DNA from: a virus
Direction: 5' to 3' (one strand)
Virus record (IMG/VR): IMGVR_UViG_3300031227_000013
DNA: 64,000 bases
In this document: piece after piece, positions 9,669 through 19,400 of the stretch
Layout: the number at the start of each line of letters is the position of its first letter
Numbering within the stretch: the first letter of the stretch is position 1
The notes under the pieces: model-generated
What the model was told of the DNA's origin: nothing
Database searches by the model: none
The model's input: the letters and a program-made list of their open reading frames with translations, nothing else
Position numbers and translations under genes: made by a program

Positions 9669-11084
9669 TTACAATTTATCATCATATATCACTTTCCACC
9701 CTGCCTTTTGATAATGCTTTATACGGCTTTCACTACTTCTTTCCAATGTTTCGTTAAAAGTATCCTTAAAGTCAATAAGAATTCCTTTTTCCTTGTTTTT
9801 GTCCAGTCTGCTTAAACGTCCCGGTATCTGAATGTTAGGAATAGCTCCAGACAGCCCATCTCCCCTCACAAGTGCTCTTAAATGAACAAAATTTACCCCC
9901 TCACGGAACACACTTGTTGAAATCACTTTAGTCAATTCCGCCGTCTCAAACTTATTCTGACACTCCATCATCTCTCTGTCTGACATACGTTTATCGGAAG
10001 TCAGCCCTCTTTTGACGAATCCCGCATATCTCTTCTCAGAGCAATTGGAATATACAACTGTGTAGTCAGGGAGTTCCTTCTTCAGATTCATAGCATGCTC
10101 AAGTGTCTCTACCATTATCAACACCTGCTCGTCGGGACCGTACTTATTAACTATCTCGGCAATCTTTTTATTACGATTGACGTTCTTCCACAGCCCCCAC
10201 CTTTTTATAGCTATTCTGCCTGACGTGTCCAGAGTGTCTCCACGCATTGTATACATATGTACTTCTATAGGTACTACAGAACCTGCGTCAACAGCTTCCA
10301 TATATGTATAATCAAAGCGTACCGGTCCGAACATAGATTCAAGTGCCATATCCGCTCCATCACATCTGCCTTCAGGGGAGGCGCTGAAACCAAACTTCCT
10401 GGCTCTGGAAAACTTAGCCAGCGCTCCTGAAGTTGTAACAGCCCCGACACCGTGGCATTCATCGAACATCAATAGATCAGTCTTCTCATAGTCTGTCTTC
10501 AGAAGAGACTTTACTGTCGATACAACTATCCTCCAGTCAGAACCTGTGTTCTTCCACGAAGATATTATACCCACGTTTTCCTTAAGCACAATATCAGATA
10601 TCAAACGTTCATACAGAGATTTAACTACCGACTTACGTGGAGTACATATTACTATCTTCAGATAGGGATACATCTTACAGATCTGTTGTATCAGATAGGA
10701 TTTACCAAACGATGTCGGAGCCTCTATGACTCCATTGTAGTTCTCAGCTATTCTGACAAGCGCCACATCCTGCCCATCCCTCAGTTCAAGAACATCCACC
10801 TTCGAGAAGTCAGGGACCGGGAGTGTACTCCATACTCTATAATCTTTAAATGTATATACAATATTACGCTTATTCAGATAGTTCCTGACTCTGTCCAGAA
10901 GACCCTCAGGAATATATCCTACCTGTTCGCCATCCACCTCGTGCGTGTAATACATTGTTTCCTTACGCATCTTAGGCTTGCCTCCGGAAGGGCTGAACTC
11001 CCTGCGCCAGAAAAAGAGCTCCCCCTCCAGCTCAGGCATCCAGGGTCTTATCATCAGAAGGTTTCCAGATAGACTCAGTTCCAT
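9669..11084 (-). CDS. uvsW: Superfamily 2 DNA helicase, UvsW-like
   Basis: APTSFGKS (motif I), FDECH (II), FSASP (III), VFREGVNF (V), QIPGRLSR (VI). Confidence 0.9.
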   Translation of the reverse strand: MELSLSGNLLMIRPWMPELEGELFFWRREFSPSGGKPKMRKETMYYTHEVDGEQVGYIPEGLLDRVRNYLNKRNIVYTFKDYRVWSTLPVPDFSKVDVLELRDGQDVALVRIAENYNGVIEAPTSFGKSYLIQQICKMYPYLKIVICTPRKSVVKSLYERLISDIVLKENVGIISSWKNTGSDWRIVVSTVKSLLKTDYEKTDLLMFDECHGVGAVTTSGALAKFSRARKFGFSASPEGRCDGADMALESMFGPVRFDYTYMEAVDAGSVVPIEVHMYTMRGDTLDTSGRIAIKRWGLWKNVNRNKKIAEIVNKYGPDEQVLIMVETLEHAMNLKKELPDYTVVYSNCSEKRYAGFVKRGLTSDKRMSDREMMECQNKFETAELTKVISTSVFREGVNFVHLRALVRGDGLSGAIPNIQIPGRLSRLDKNKEKGILIDFKDTFNETLERSSESRIKHYQKAGWKVIYDDKL

Positions 11085-11101
11085 TTTACTACTCCTTTGT
11101 T

Positions 11102-13120
11102 TTAAACTTCAATTACATAGTCTGCAATATTTGTTATCTTCTCTTCGTGCGTTGCCACTATCATCTGAATATCCTTTATCTTCAAGTACTCCTTGACAAG
11201 ACTGAATGTCTCAGCCAGATAGTCCTTAGAGTCAGAATCCATATGATTAGTAGGTTCGTCAAATATTATCATGTTTATCTTAGAAGCAAGCATTTCTGAT
11301 ATAGCTAAACGAAAAGCGATAGTTAATAACATCCGCTGTCCACCTGATAAGTCCGAAATACTAACTTCGGGATTATCCGGGAACGAGCAGACGACAGCGA
11401 GATCTTCATTGATACTAATACAGAAAGGTTGTTTAAAGACATTAAGATATTTACCGACCAATCCGGTCAGTATACCTCTATATGCCGATATCATCTTTCT
11501 GGGAAAGTTATCAACGTGCAATACTTCACGCACATTTCTGAGAAAGCCACGATATTCTTCGCACAGCCCTCTCAATTGTATATAACCTTCCTTCTCTATT
11601 AGCTGCTTATTAAGCATCTCAATTTCTTTCTCTTTACCTGCCAGCTCACTTGCTGCTGACATTATAAGAGAATCTCTAAGTTCTTCATAATCTTTAATGA
11701 ATTTTATATCGGAGGCACTTATTTCAGTGTGTCCTTTATCTATAAGTTCTTTCAGATTACGTTGATCTATTTCTATCATCATTTTTAATTGGTGTATTTC
11801 TTCAACCAATTGTTTTCTAAGCTCTTCTGTATTGGAGAATGCTTCCGCTTCTCCTACTTTTTCCAGATATTCCTTCTCATTGAAATTTTCTACCATGGTA
11901 GATAATTCAACAAATATTTTTTCTTCTCTTGTACTCTGCTCCGTTAAGGAGTCATACATCTGTCTATTCTTTAGATAAGTTTCCATCTCACCGGAAGCTT
12001 CCTGTTTAGCTCTTTTCAAATGAGAGACAAACCTCTCAGAAGTTTCCATCTCACCACATAATACAGCCAGTTCCCCATCTGGAAGACTTGCTTCCTGATC
12101 GCATGTAGAACAGACACCTCTTGAAAACGCTTCGTATTTCTGTTTGTAATGTATAGCGTTCTTAACAGCTTCCTCCAGCCCTTCTTCGGAAAAAGCATCC
12201 GGCTTTTCAATGAAACCTACCTTTACTAATTCTTCCTGTATACCGAGAAGTCTTCTACCGGCATCCATAGCCTTCGTATACGTGCTGTACACAGCCCTCT
12301 CGGCTTCTGTTACGATTACCGTATCTCCACACCCCTTTAGATCGAGCGCCTTCTGCTGATGCTTAGAAGCCAGTCCTTGGATATCAGCTTCTATACCTTC
12401 TACAGCATCTTCCCATTCCTTCTTTGTATAGGATACAGATACCTGTGTAAGATTCTCGTATCTCTCTTTGAACTGAGCGAGTTGATCTCTGTGTCCAAGT
12501 AAGGTACCTCTGAGAAGATTCGCCTCCAGTTTAAACAAAGCTATGTTTTCCCCGATAGACTGTACTTCTTCTGAGAAATCCTGATACGTATCTACCTGTC
12601 CGCTTAAAGACTGCAGTAACTCTCTGATCTTCTCGAAACGAAGATACCCGAACAGTCTGCTGTATTCCTTAAGACGTTCCATGTTGTTACCGAAAATAAG
12701 TTTCGTAGTCCCTGTCTGAGACATGAAACTGGATAACGTCAATAGTCCTGCATCCGCCTGTAACAGCTCTGATATCTTTTTATTGATATCCGTAGCTTTA
12801 TTAGCAGATAATTTAGTATCGTCTATTTTCCAGGACATAGAAGCAGAAGCATTATGCATGTTACGCTTAACAGTATATTCAACTGTGTCCACTTCGAATA
12901 GTAATTCGATAAATCCTTTTTCAGTACCCCACTTAAGCATGCCTGAACGTGTCTTCTTTTCTGTGAGGCTTTCTCCGGTAAGCGAATAGAATATTGCGTT
13001 CAGCAGATTCGATTTACCAGCCCCGTTACAGCCCGTTAATACTGCCAGACCCTTTTCGAAAGTAATCTCTCTATCGGAGTATTGGCAGTAATTAAACAGG
13101 CGCAGCTTTTTTAATTTCAT
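11102..13120 (-). CDS. sbcC: Rad50/SbcC (gp46-like) SMC-family ATPase
   Basis: TGCNGAGKSN Walker A, central coiled coil with CSTC zinc hook, LSGGQR signature, IIFDEPT Walker B, IVATH. Confidence 0.93.
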   Translation of the reverse strand: MKLKKLRLFNYCQYSDREITFEKGLAVLTGCNGAGKSNLLNAIFYSLTGESLTEKKTRSGMLKWGTEKGFIELLFEVDTVEYTVKRNMHNASASMSWKIDDTKLSANKATDINKKISELLQADAGLLTLSSFMSQTGTTKLIFGNNMERLKEYSRLFGYLRFEKIRELLQSLSGQVDTYQDFSEEVQSIGENIALFKLEANLLRGTLLGHRDQLAQFKERYENLTQVSVSYTKKEWEDAVEGIEADIQGLASKHQQKALDLKGCGDTVIVTEAERAVYSTYTKAMDAGRRLLGIQEELVKVGFIEKPDAFSEEGLEEAVKNAIHYKQKYEAFSRGVCSTCDQEASLPDGELAVLCGEMETSERFVSHLKRAKQEASGEMETYLKNRQMYDSLTEQSTREEKIFVELSTMVENFNEKEYLEKVGEAEAFSNTEELRKQLVEEIHQLKMMIEIDQRNLKELIDKGHTEISASDIKFIKDYEELRDSLIMSAASELAGKEKEIEMLNKQLIEKEGYIQLRGLCEEYRGFLRNVREVLHVDNFPRKMISAYRGILTGLVGKYLNVFKQPFCISINEDLAVVCSFPDNPEVSISDLSGGQRMLLTIAFRLAISEMLASKINMIIFDEPTNHMDSDSKDYLAETFSLVKEYLKIKDIQMIVATHEEKITNIADYVIEV

Positions 13121-14186
13121 CTTGTATTCTTTCCAAACGTTCTATAAACGCTTTATTTATATTCTCCAGAATAACCTGATAATTTCCATCGGTTAATCCC
13201 AGAATCGTTTTATACTCCAGACTGTGTTCATCGATACATTGTTTAAGAATATCTTCCGTAGATGCAGCTATACTTACTTCCACCTCTGAAACATCGGGAA
13301 CCTCTGCAGTCACAGCTTCTATAAACAAGTGGCATCTGGATTTAAACTTGGAGAGTTTTCTGATAAGCTCGATAAGTTCCGAAGCATATCTTATCCTGAC
13401 CAGAGGCCATTCGTCCGGAGATTTATCCTCCAGATATTTAAGACTTTCCAGATATTCCAATACCCCCTGTATATCTTCTTCCTTTTCGATAACCAGCTTT
13501 TTAATAGGTCTGGATACCGGAGTACTGATATGCATGAAAGCAGTGCCGTCGTATTGTATGTACGTTCCGGGAGGCTCTGCTATATTACAGGGGTGTGTGG
13601 CTCCGGGAGACACAATAGATACACCGGCGCTGTTATCCCGCTTGTCGGGAACATGAATGTGTCCTGATACTACCGCTTCCAGAACAGACCCGGGTACATC
13701 CTCTATACTTAAAGAGAATGTGTCGAAGGGACTTAAATGTCTGAAAGCCTGATGTATTACCAATATATCGCACTCAATTTCACCGTCAATACGGTTCAGC
13801 TCGTCAATGATCTTTGTGCCCGGAGTGTAGTCCAGCCCGCACACCTTTCGTCCTTCTATATCGTATACCTTCTCTGTTAAGTCCAGAGCTCCGCAGATAT
13901 GCATCCAGGACAGCCCGCAACATAAATCGTGATTCCCCTGTACCGCATATACTGGAATACCTTTTTCTCTGAAACAATTGATAACATCCGTCATATGCTG
14001 TACATCTTCCGGAGACGGTTTCGGTGTATTGAAATTATCTCCACAGAATATAACAGATCCGGGCTGGTCTTTAGATAAAATATCAGCCGTTATACTATCC
14101 AGTGCCCTGTATGAATCTCCCTTTATAAGCGGACGATGTACATACATTCCTCCGGATAGATGTGCATCCGAGATAAACCATATCAT
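13092..14186 (-). CDS. sbcD: Mre11/SbcD (gp47-like) metallophosphoesterase nuclease
   Basis: ISDAHL, GDNF, GNHD, IHQ, SGHIH motifs; adjacent to the Rad50 homologue. Confidence 0.92.
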   Translation of the reverse strand: MIWFISDAHLSGGMYVHRPLIKGDSYRALDSITADILSKDQPGSVIFCGDNFNTPKPSPEDVQHMTDVINCFREKGIPVYAVQGNHDLCCGLSWMHICGALDLTEKVYDIEGRKVCGLDYTPGTKIIDELNRIDGEIECDILVIHQAFRHLSPFDTFSLSIEDVPGSVLEAVVSGHIHVPDKRDNSAGVSIVSPGATHPCNIAEPPGTYIQYDGTAFMHISTPVSRPIKKLVIEKEEDIQGVLEYLESLKYLEDKSPDEWPLVRIRYASELIELIRKLSKFKSRCHLFIEAVTAEVPDVSEVEVSIAASTEDILKQCIDEHSLEYKTILGLTDGNYQVILENINKAFIERLERIQDEIKKAAPV

Positions 14187-15088
14187 GAGTTAATAACCTC
14201 TATTGGAATATTGTTTGAAATAGCATACCGTATAGCACCCGGTCCGAAAACAATAGAAGCCAGTTCGTCACCTCTTACAATACTTCTGTTTCCTGTAAGT
14301 TCTTCGTTACGGTATAAATAATTGTTATACTGATAACCTGTAGAACGATAAAATGTATAGTGGCCTGAACTTAGTTTAATAACATTCTCTGTATTTGATA
14401 TATATAGACCCCTGTCTAAGGAAGTTCTTAATTTTAACAGATACTTCACAGGTACCCCACATAAAGGACATGTTATCTTAAATCCGACTAAATCCCCCGG
14501 ATTGCTTCTAATCAGACACTGTATATTTGAACTGGCAATATTTCTAATATAAGAGTGTTGTCCTCGAGCACAGTCGTGTAATATAGTATTATAAAACCCC
14601 CGATTATTCATTATAAATTCAGTCCATTTTTCCCAGGTAAAATTAATCTCGCCTGTATTAGATACCAGATAAGGATAATGGGCTGTTAAATCGTATGTAA
14701 CTCTAGCCCTGTACTTTTCTCTGGGTTTATGATTGTATCTAATATATAAAGGTCTTAAAGGAGGAATTCTTACACTATTAAGACAATCCCAGGATTTATA
14801 CTGTGTATGATTACCTCTAGCTAAATATACGTTAAACATCTCTAATCCGTTAAACACAGTTTGTACCGCTCTTTGAGTACGCTGTCTATCATTTGCTTCT
14901 ACACTTGTATATATATGTGCTCTGTCTAAAATTATCCTATGAGAATTATCTAACTGTGTATTACTCAGCTTATTGTCATGATGAAACTTTGATAAATAAT
15001 ACAGATCACCCTTCTTTGTATCACTGTCTGCTTCTAACATATATTCATTACTTTTTATTTTTCTAACTCTTCGCTCAATACTTGTCAT
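14183..15088 (-). CDS. Hypothetical protein, first gene of the replication operon (CPLCG motif)
   Basis: 301-aa ORF overlapping the sbcD start. Confidence 0.6.
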   Translation of the reverse strand: MTSIERRVRKIKSNEYMLEADSDTKKGDLYYLSKFHHDNKLSNTQLDNSHRIILDRAHIYTSVEANDRQRTQRAVQTVFNGLEMFNVYLARGNHTQYKSWDCLNSVRIPPLRPLYIRYNHKPREKYRARVTYDLTAHYPYLVSNTGEINFTWEKWTEFIMNNRGFYNTILHDCARGQHSYIRNIASSNIQCLIRSNPGDLVGFKITCPLCGVPVKYLLKLRTSLDRGLYISNTENVIKLSSGHYTFYRSTGYQYNNYLYRNEELTGNRSIVRGDELASIVFGPGAIRYAISNNIPIEVINS

Positions 15089-15167
15089 ATTACTTCCTCT
15101 CTTTTTTTGTTAAGTTTATATATAGTATATATATAAAGGGCTGTGCTTTTTAACTTCTCCCCCCTGC

Positions 15168-15507
15168 TGATATGAGAGAATCGAAGCGCCCCAAGCGCGG
15201 AGATTCTCGACAATATCATGTCTATATATATTACATATATAGCCGTATTTTTAATACTACAGTTTAGAATACCCTTATGAGTATTTGGGGACGTAGTCCC
15301 CCAAATACGAATATTTCTTTTTTGCTACTTTTTTCTTTTGAAATAATACATCTTGTAAAATACTATTATTATCCCTGTTGTTAAAAAAGATATATTAATA
15401 AACTACACAATCTCTCATACAGCCCTTCTAAGCACCCTCTGAGAAGACTTAACACAGTTCCTGATAACAGTATAGGGTCTGTCCATTAAATAGCTTAGAA
15501 GGGCTGT
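15168..15507. repeat. Cluster of inverted repeats in AT-rich non-coding gap
   Basis: Nested hairpin 15168-15218 (TGATAT..GAGAATC..GCGC-CCCAA-GCGC..GATTCTC..ATATCA); GTATTTGGGGAC-GTA-GTCCCC(C)AAATAC at 15281-15308; perfect 15-bp IR ACAGCCCTTCTAAGC (15419-15433) / GCTTAGAAGGGCTGT (15493-15507). Confidence 0.8.
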
Positions 15508-15523
15508 TACGGCCATGTCTGTT

Positions 15524-15796
15524 TTAGTTCTTTTTTCCGAATATTTTAACAAACTTATTAAGATATACTCTCGCTAAGTCAAAAAACTTTATTACACCTA
15601 CCACTACAGCTCCCACCCATATAATAGGTCCTGATATAAATATTCCCATTACATATTCATATCTTGCTTCCCACTTATCAATGTAATTAGCAAAAAAAGA
15701 CAATCCTAGAAAAGACCATAGAAGGCCTAATATTAATAATAGTTCAAACATAATAGTTTCCTTTTTGGTTTTTATTGGAAAGAAAAAACGAACCAC
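15524..15796 (-). CDS. Small membrane protein
   Basis: Two hydrophobic segments (MFELLLILGLLWSFLGLSFF; VMGIFISGPIIWVGAVVVGVI). Confidence 0.5.
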   Translation of the reverse strand: MVRFFFPIKTKKETIMFELLLILGLLWSFLGLSFFANYIDKWEARYEYVMGIFISGPIIWVGAVVVGVIKFFDLARVYLNKFVKIFGKKN

Positions 15797-15878
15797 CGGC
15801 AGGTATTATTAGAAACAATACCGATCAGCCTGGAGAGAGGGAGAAATTGACTGATATACCGGTGATTCGCAAAATGTA

Positions 15879-16067
15879 CTACTGATTGATGACAATACTT
15901 ATGTTAACTTCTTTATGCATTGTCTGTTTACGGGCTTCGGGTTTTTCGAGATCAGCTGTTTTATCCTCTGTAGGTACAGGTGTACCCCCTTGGAATTGTT
16001 TTATCAGCTCACACAGCTTTGAAAATGAGTTTTCGTTACTCATCGTCTGTAGAAACAGTAAGTCCAC
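15879..16067 (-). CDS. Small hypothetical protein
   Basis: ORF track; overlaps the upstream small ORF. Confidence 0.4.
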   Translation of the reverse strand: MDLLFLQTMSNENSFSKLCELIKQFQGGTPVPTEDKTADLEKPEARKQTMHKEVNISIVINQ

Positions 16068-16221
16068 GTTGATCCGCAGCCCGTGGCAGGATCTCGTCTA
16101 ACTGTTCTGTGTAAGGTCTCTTTGTGGATTTCAATTCTTCCAGGTTATACCTGTCCGTTTCAGAAGGATAGGCGAAATCCAGCCCTTCCCTTCTCATTGC
16201 TTGTCTACTGTTGGTACTCAT
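16036..16221 (-). CDS. Small hypothetical protein
   Basis: ORF track; GGAG ribosome-binding site 5 nt before ATG. Confidence 0.55.
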   Translation of the reverse strand: MSTNSRQAMRREGLDFAYPSETDRYNLEELKSTKRPYTEQLDEILPRAADQRGLTVSTDDE

Positions 16222-16361
16222 TGTTACTCCGATTGGTTACAAGTTAATATACCGCATCTTTCCGCGGATTGCTTGCCATAGTGTCCAATCATAAAGTAAA
16301 ATTCATTCTAAAATTTCATTAAATCTAAAAAGTTTAGCAGATAAACCTCTGCCAGGTAGTT

Positions 16362-16391
16362 TATTATGCCAAAAAAACAGCTTTTTTTTAG
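16362..16391 (-). promoter_or_regulatory. Promoter-like motif copy 1: CTAAA-N15-TGGCATAATA
   Basis: Same motif and spacing at 24442-24471 and 27880-27909, all intergenic and upstream of minus-strand genes. Confidence 0.6.
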
Positions 16392-16424
16392 CATGCGCTT
16401 GTATTTCCCGGAAGGGCTGATATA

Positions 16425-19400
16425 TTGTTTCACATGTCAGAATTATCCACACAATTTAAACAAACTTTACAGGGATATCATAGCGGAGCATACAATTCCT
16501 ACCTCCCAATGCTTCCATATCTGCAGTTAGACGGTAAGCCTATGACTCTTAATCTGCATTATCCACTGGAACCCTTCTTTAAACTTACAATGCCTCGTAG
16601 GGTAGTGTTTATGGTGGCCCGGCAGTTGGGAAAAAGTATATCGCTTGCTTCCAGAGGTCTTTTAGACAGTGCAATGATACCTAATTTCCATACTTTATAC
16701 ATTCAGCCCCGTTATGATCAGATAAAAAGGTTCTCCACTAACTATGTAGGGCCTATTATCAAGGAAAGTTACCTCGGTAGGGTGTTCGAAGACCCAACCA
16801 GAGAGCAATCTATCCTGCAGAAGAGCTTTAGAAACGGTTCTAACATGTATTTCTCGTATGCTTTCCTAGATTGTGAGCGTTGTCGTGGATTTGCGGCAGC
16901 TAAATGTTTAGCGAAAGGTACTTTGATACAGGGGACTCCTATAGAAGATTTAAAAATAGGGAGAATCCTTGAATCGGTCACTAATGAAGGATATATTATA
17001 CATAATAAAGTCCAGAGAGTTGAAAAAACAGGGGTAAGACCTTGTTTTCGTATAACTTTAAATACTGGACATACTTTAACATGTACAATAGATCATAAAT
17101 TATTCAGCGATGTAGGTTGGATAACTATAGAGGAAATGGTGACTCATGCTTTCAGAAAAACAAAGACAGATGTTGTTGGGAACTCTTCTAGGGGACGGAC
17201 ATTTACAAATAGGAAGTTTAAAGAAGAAAACTTGCCGTTATCAATCAGCGCACGGATGGATTCAACACGACTACAATACCCAGAAATACATAATAATGAA
17301 AAATTATTTAACTCCGAGACAATTGGGGCTGGGAGAACCACAGAAAGTCGAGAACAGGGGGTTCGGGGAATGGTCCAGTCGATGGGGCACGACAACCAAT
17401 ACGGATTTGTTCTTTTTACACGAACTGATACACCTCCCTGGAAAGAAAAAGAAGACGATATCTCAGGAATGGTTAGACTTGATAACTCCCGAAGGGCTGA
17501 TGTGGTGGATATGCGACGACGGGAGTTTGCGAACAAAAGATCGACGATCTATACAGATACATACCGAGGGATTTCAAAAAGAAGAGGTAGAGCTCCTTTC
17601 AAAATGGCTCTATCAAAAATTCGATATAGAAAACAATGTTGTTCCTATAAAATCAAGAAGAAATATAGGGAAATATTATTATATTCTATGTTTATCTGTT
17701 CTAGGAACCAGAACCTGCGTGGATTTAATTCGGGAATTTACTCCGAAATGTATGAATTACAAGATAGATTATCGAAAACTACTCTGCGTAGAATGTGGGA
17801 CAGAGATACAGAGCAACAACAAGACATGTTCCGAAAAATGTTTTACCGACCATCATATAAAAAGGACGGCTATTTATACTCAGAAAAACCAGAAGAGAAT
17901 AAACAAAAGAAAGAGGGAATATTATGCCTCTCATCCGGAAATGAAAGAAAAGAAGAGACAATATATACAGGAGTATTTAAAGGATCCTCAGAAAAGAGAT
18001 CTCCACAATGCTACTCGAAGGAAATGGAGACATTCAAAAAAGGGAGACCCTGTATACGAACAAAAACTAAAAGAGGAACGGAAATTTTATTATCAAAGAT
18101 TGAAAGAAGATCCAGAAAAATACAACAAAAGAATAGATCATCACAATGCTTGGCGTCGAGAAAAACGAGTCAAAGGGGATACCTCCGAGACGGATTATAC
18201 CAGGGAATGGAGAAAACGAAACAAAGAGAAAGTAAAGATTCAAAAGCAGAATCAGTACAAGAAATTAAAGAAACGTATGGAGGAGGATCCTCAATACAGA
18301 CAGGAATTTTTAGCTCGGAAGAGGGAAAATTATCACAAGGGGAAAGAATCTCTTCAAAAGGGAAAGTGATTTCTATTGAATATGTGGGTATTAAAGATGT
18401 GTATGATATTCAAATGGAAAAACAACCTAACTTCTTTAGTAACAACATCTTAACTCATAATTGTTGCTTTGACGAGATTTCTGACATACAATACGACTTT
18501 ATTAGTACAATAGGTGAGGTTTTAAGTGCCCAGACCGAATATGGATTTTATCAGTTTACCGGAACCCCTAAAACTATCGATAATACGCTGGGTGTTCTGT
18601 TTTCAGACAGCTCTCAGGCGGAATGGATCATCAGATGTGGGTGCGGTAAACATAATATACCTAGTCTGGACCATGATTTATTACGGATGATAGGAAAGAA
18701 GACCTGTATCTGCGCTAATAAGAAATGCGGTAAGCCTCTGGATATAAGTACAGGAGAATATGTGCATGCGTACCCCGATAGACAGCATTCGTTCGCCGGA
18801 TATCATTTATCGCAGATAACACACCCTCTGCATGCTGAATTTCCTCTTAAATGGAGTGAGATGCTTTATAAGAGGTCTACTTATCCGGAAGCTAGATTTA
18901 ATAACGAGGTATTAGGGGTCCCGTGTGATGAAAATGTTAAACCTCTGACAGTAATGCACCTTAAACAGGCTAGTAACGGGCTTATCAATGATTACTCCAA
19001 GGCTGTTAAAGAACGTAAGAAGTACGATGCTGTAGTTATGGGAGTGGACTGGAGTGGATACGGTGCAGATAGTATATCGACAACGACAGTAGCTGTAATA
19101 GGTATAATACCCGGAAGCGAAACGGTACACTGTATATATGCTGAGAGATTTAAAATAGGGATAAAACCAGAAGACGAAGCTAAGAAACTTATTGAATATG
19201 CTTACCAGTTCGAGATAACATATTTTGCACACGATTTTTCAGGGGCTGGAATGATAAGGGAAGCCACAATAGTCCAACGGGGATACCCCGTGGAGCAAAT
19301 AGTACCCTTCCAAATCGTCCACGCCCCTGTTAACACTAGTATCATCAACTTCTACCAGCCCGCAAATGGTGGTAGAAGTTGTTACAATATAGATAAGACC

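Noticed and set aside
17140-18370. Out-of-frame endonuclease as a sequencing or assembly artefact (two compensating indels)
   Set aside because: An artefact would not leave the other frame free of stops for about 408 codons with visible stop-avoiding codon choice, and the ORF has its own ATG, SD-like sequence and stop. Read-level confirmation is still advisable.
16905-18461. Group I intron interpretation of the terL insertion
   Set aside because: The insertion is in frame, stop-free and bounded by canonical intein blocks (Cys1, TxxH, His-Asn/Cys); I recognised no group I core elements.
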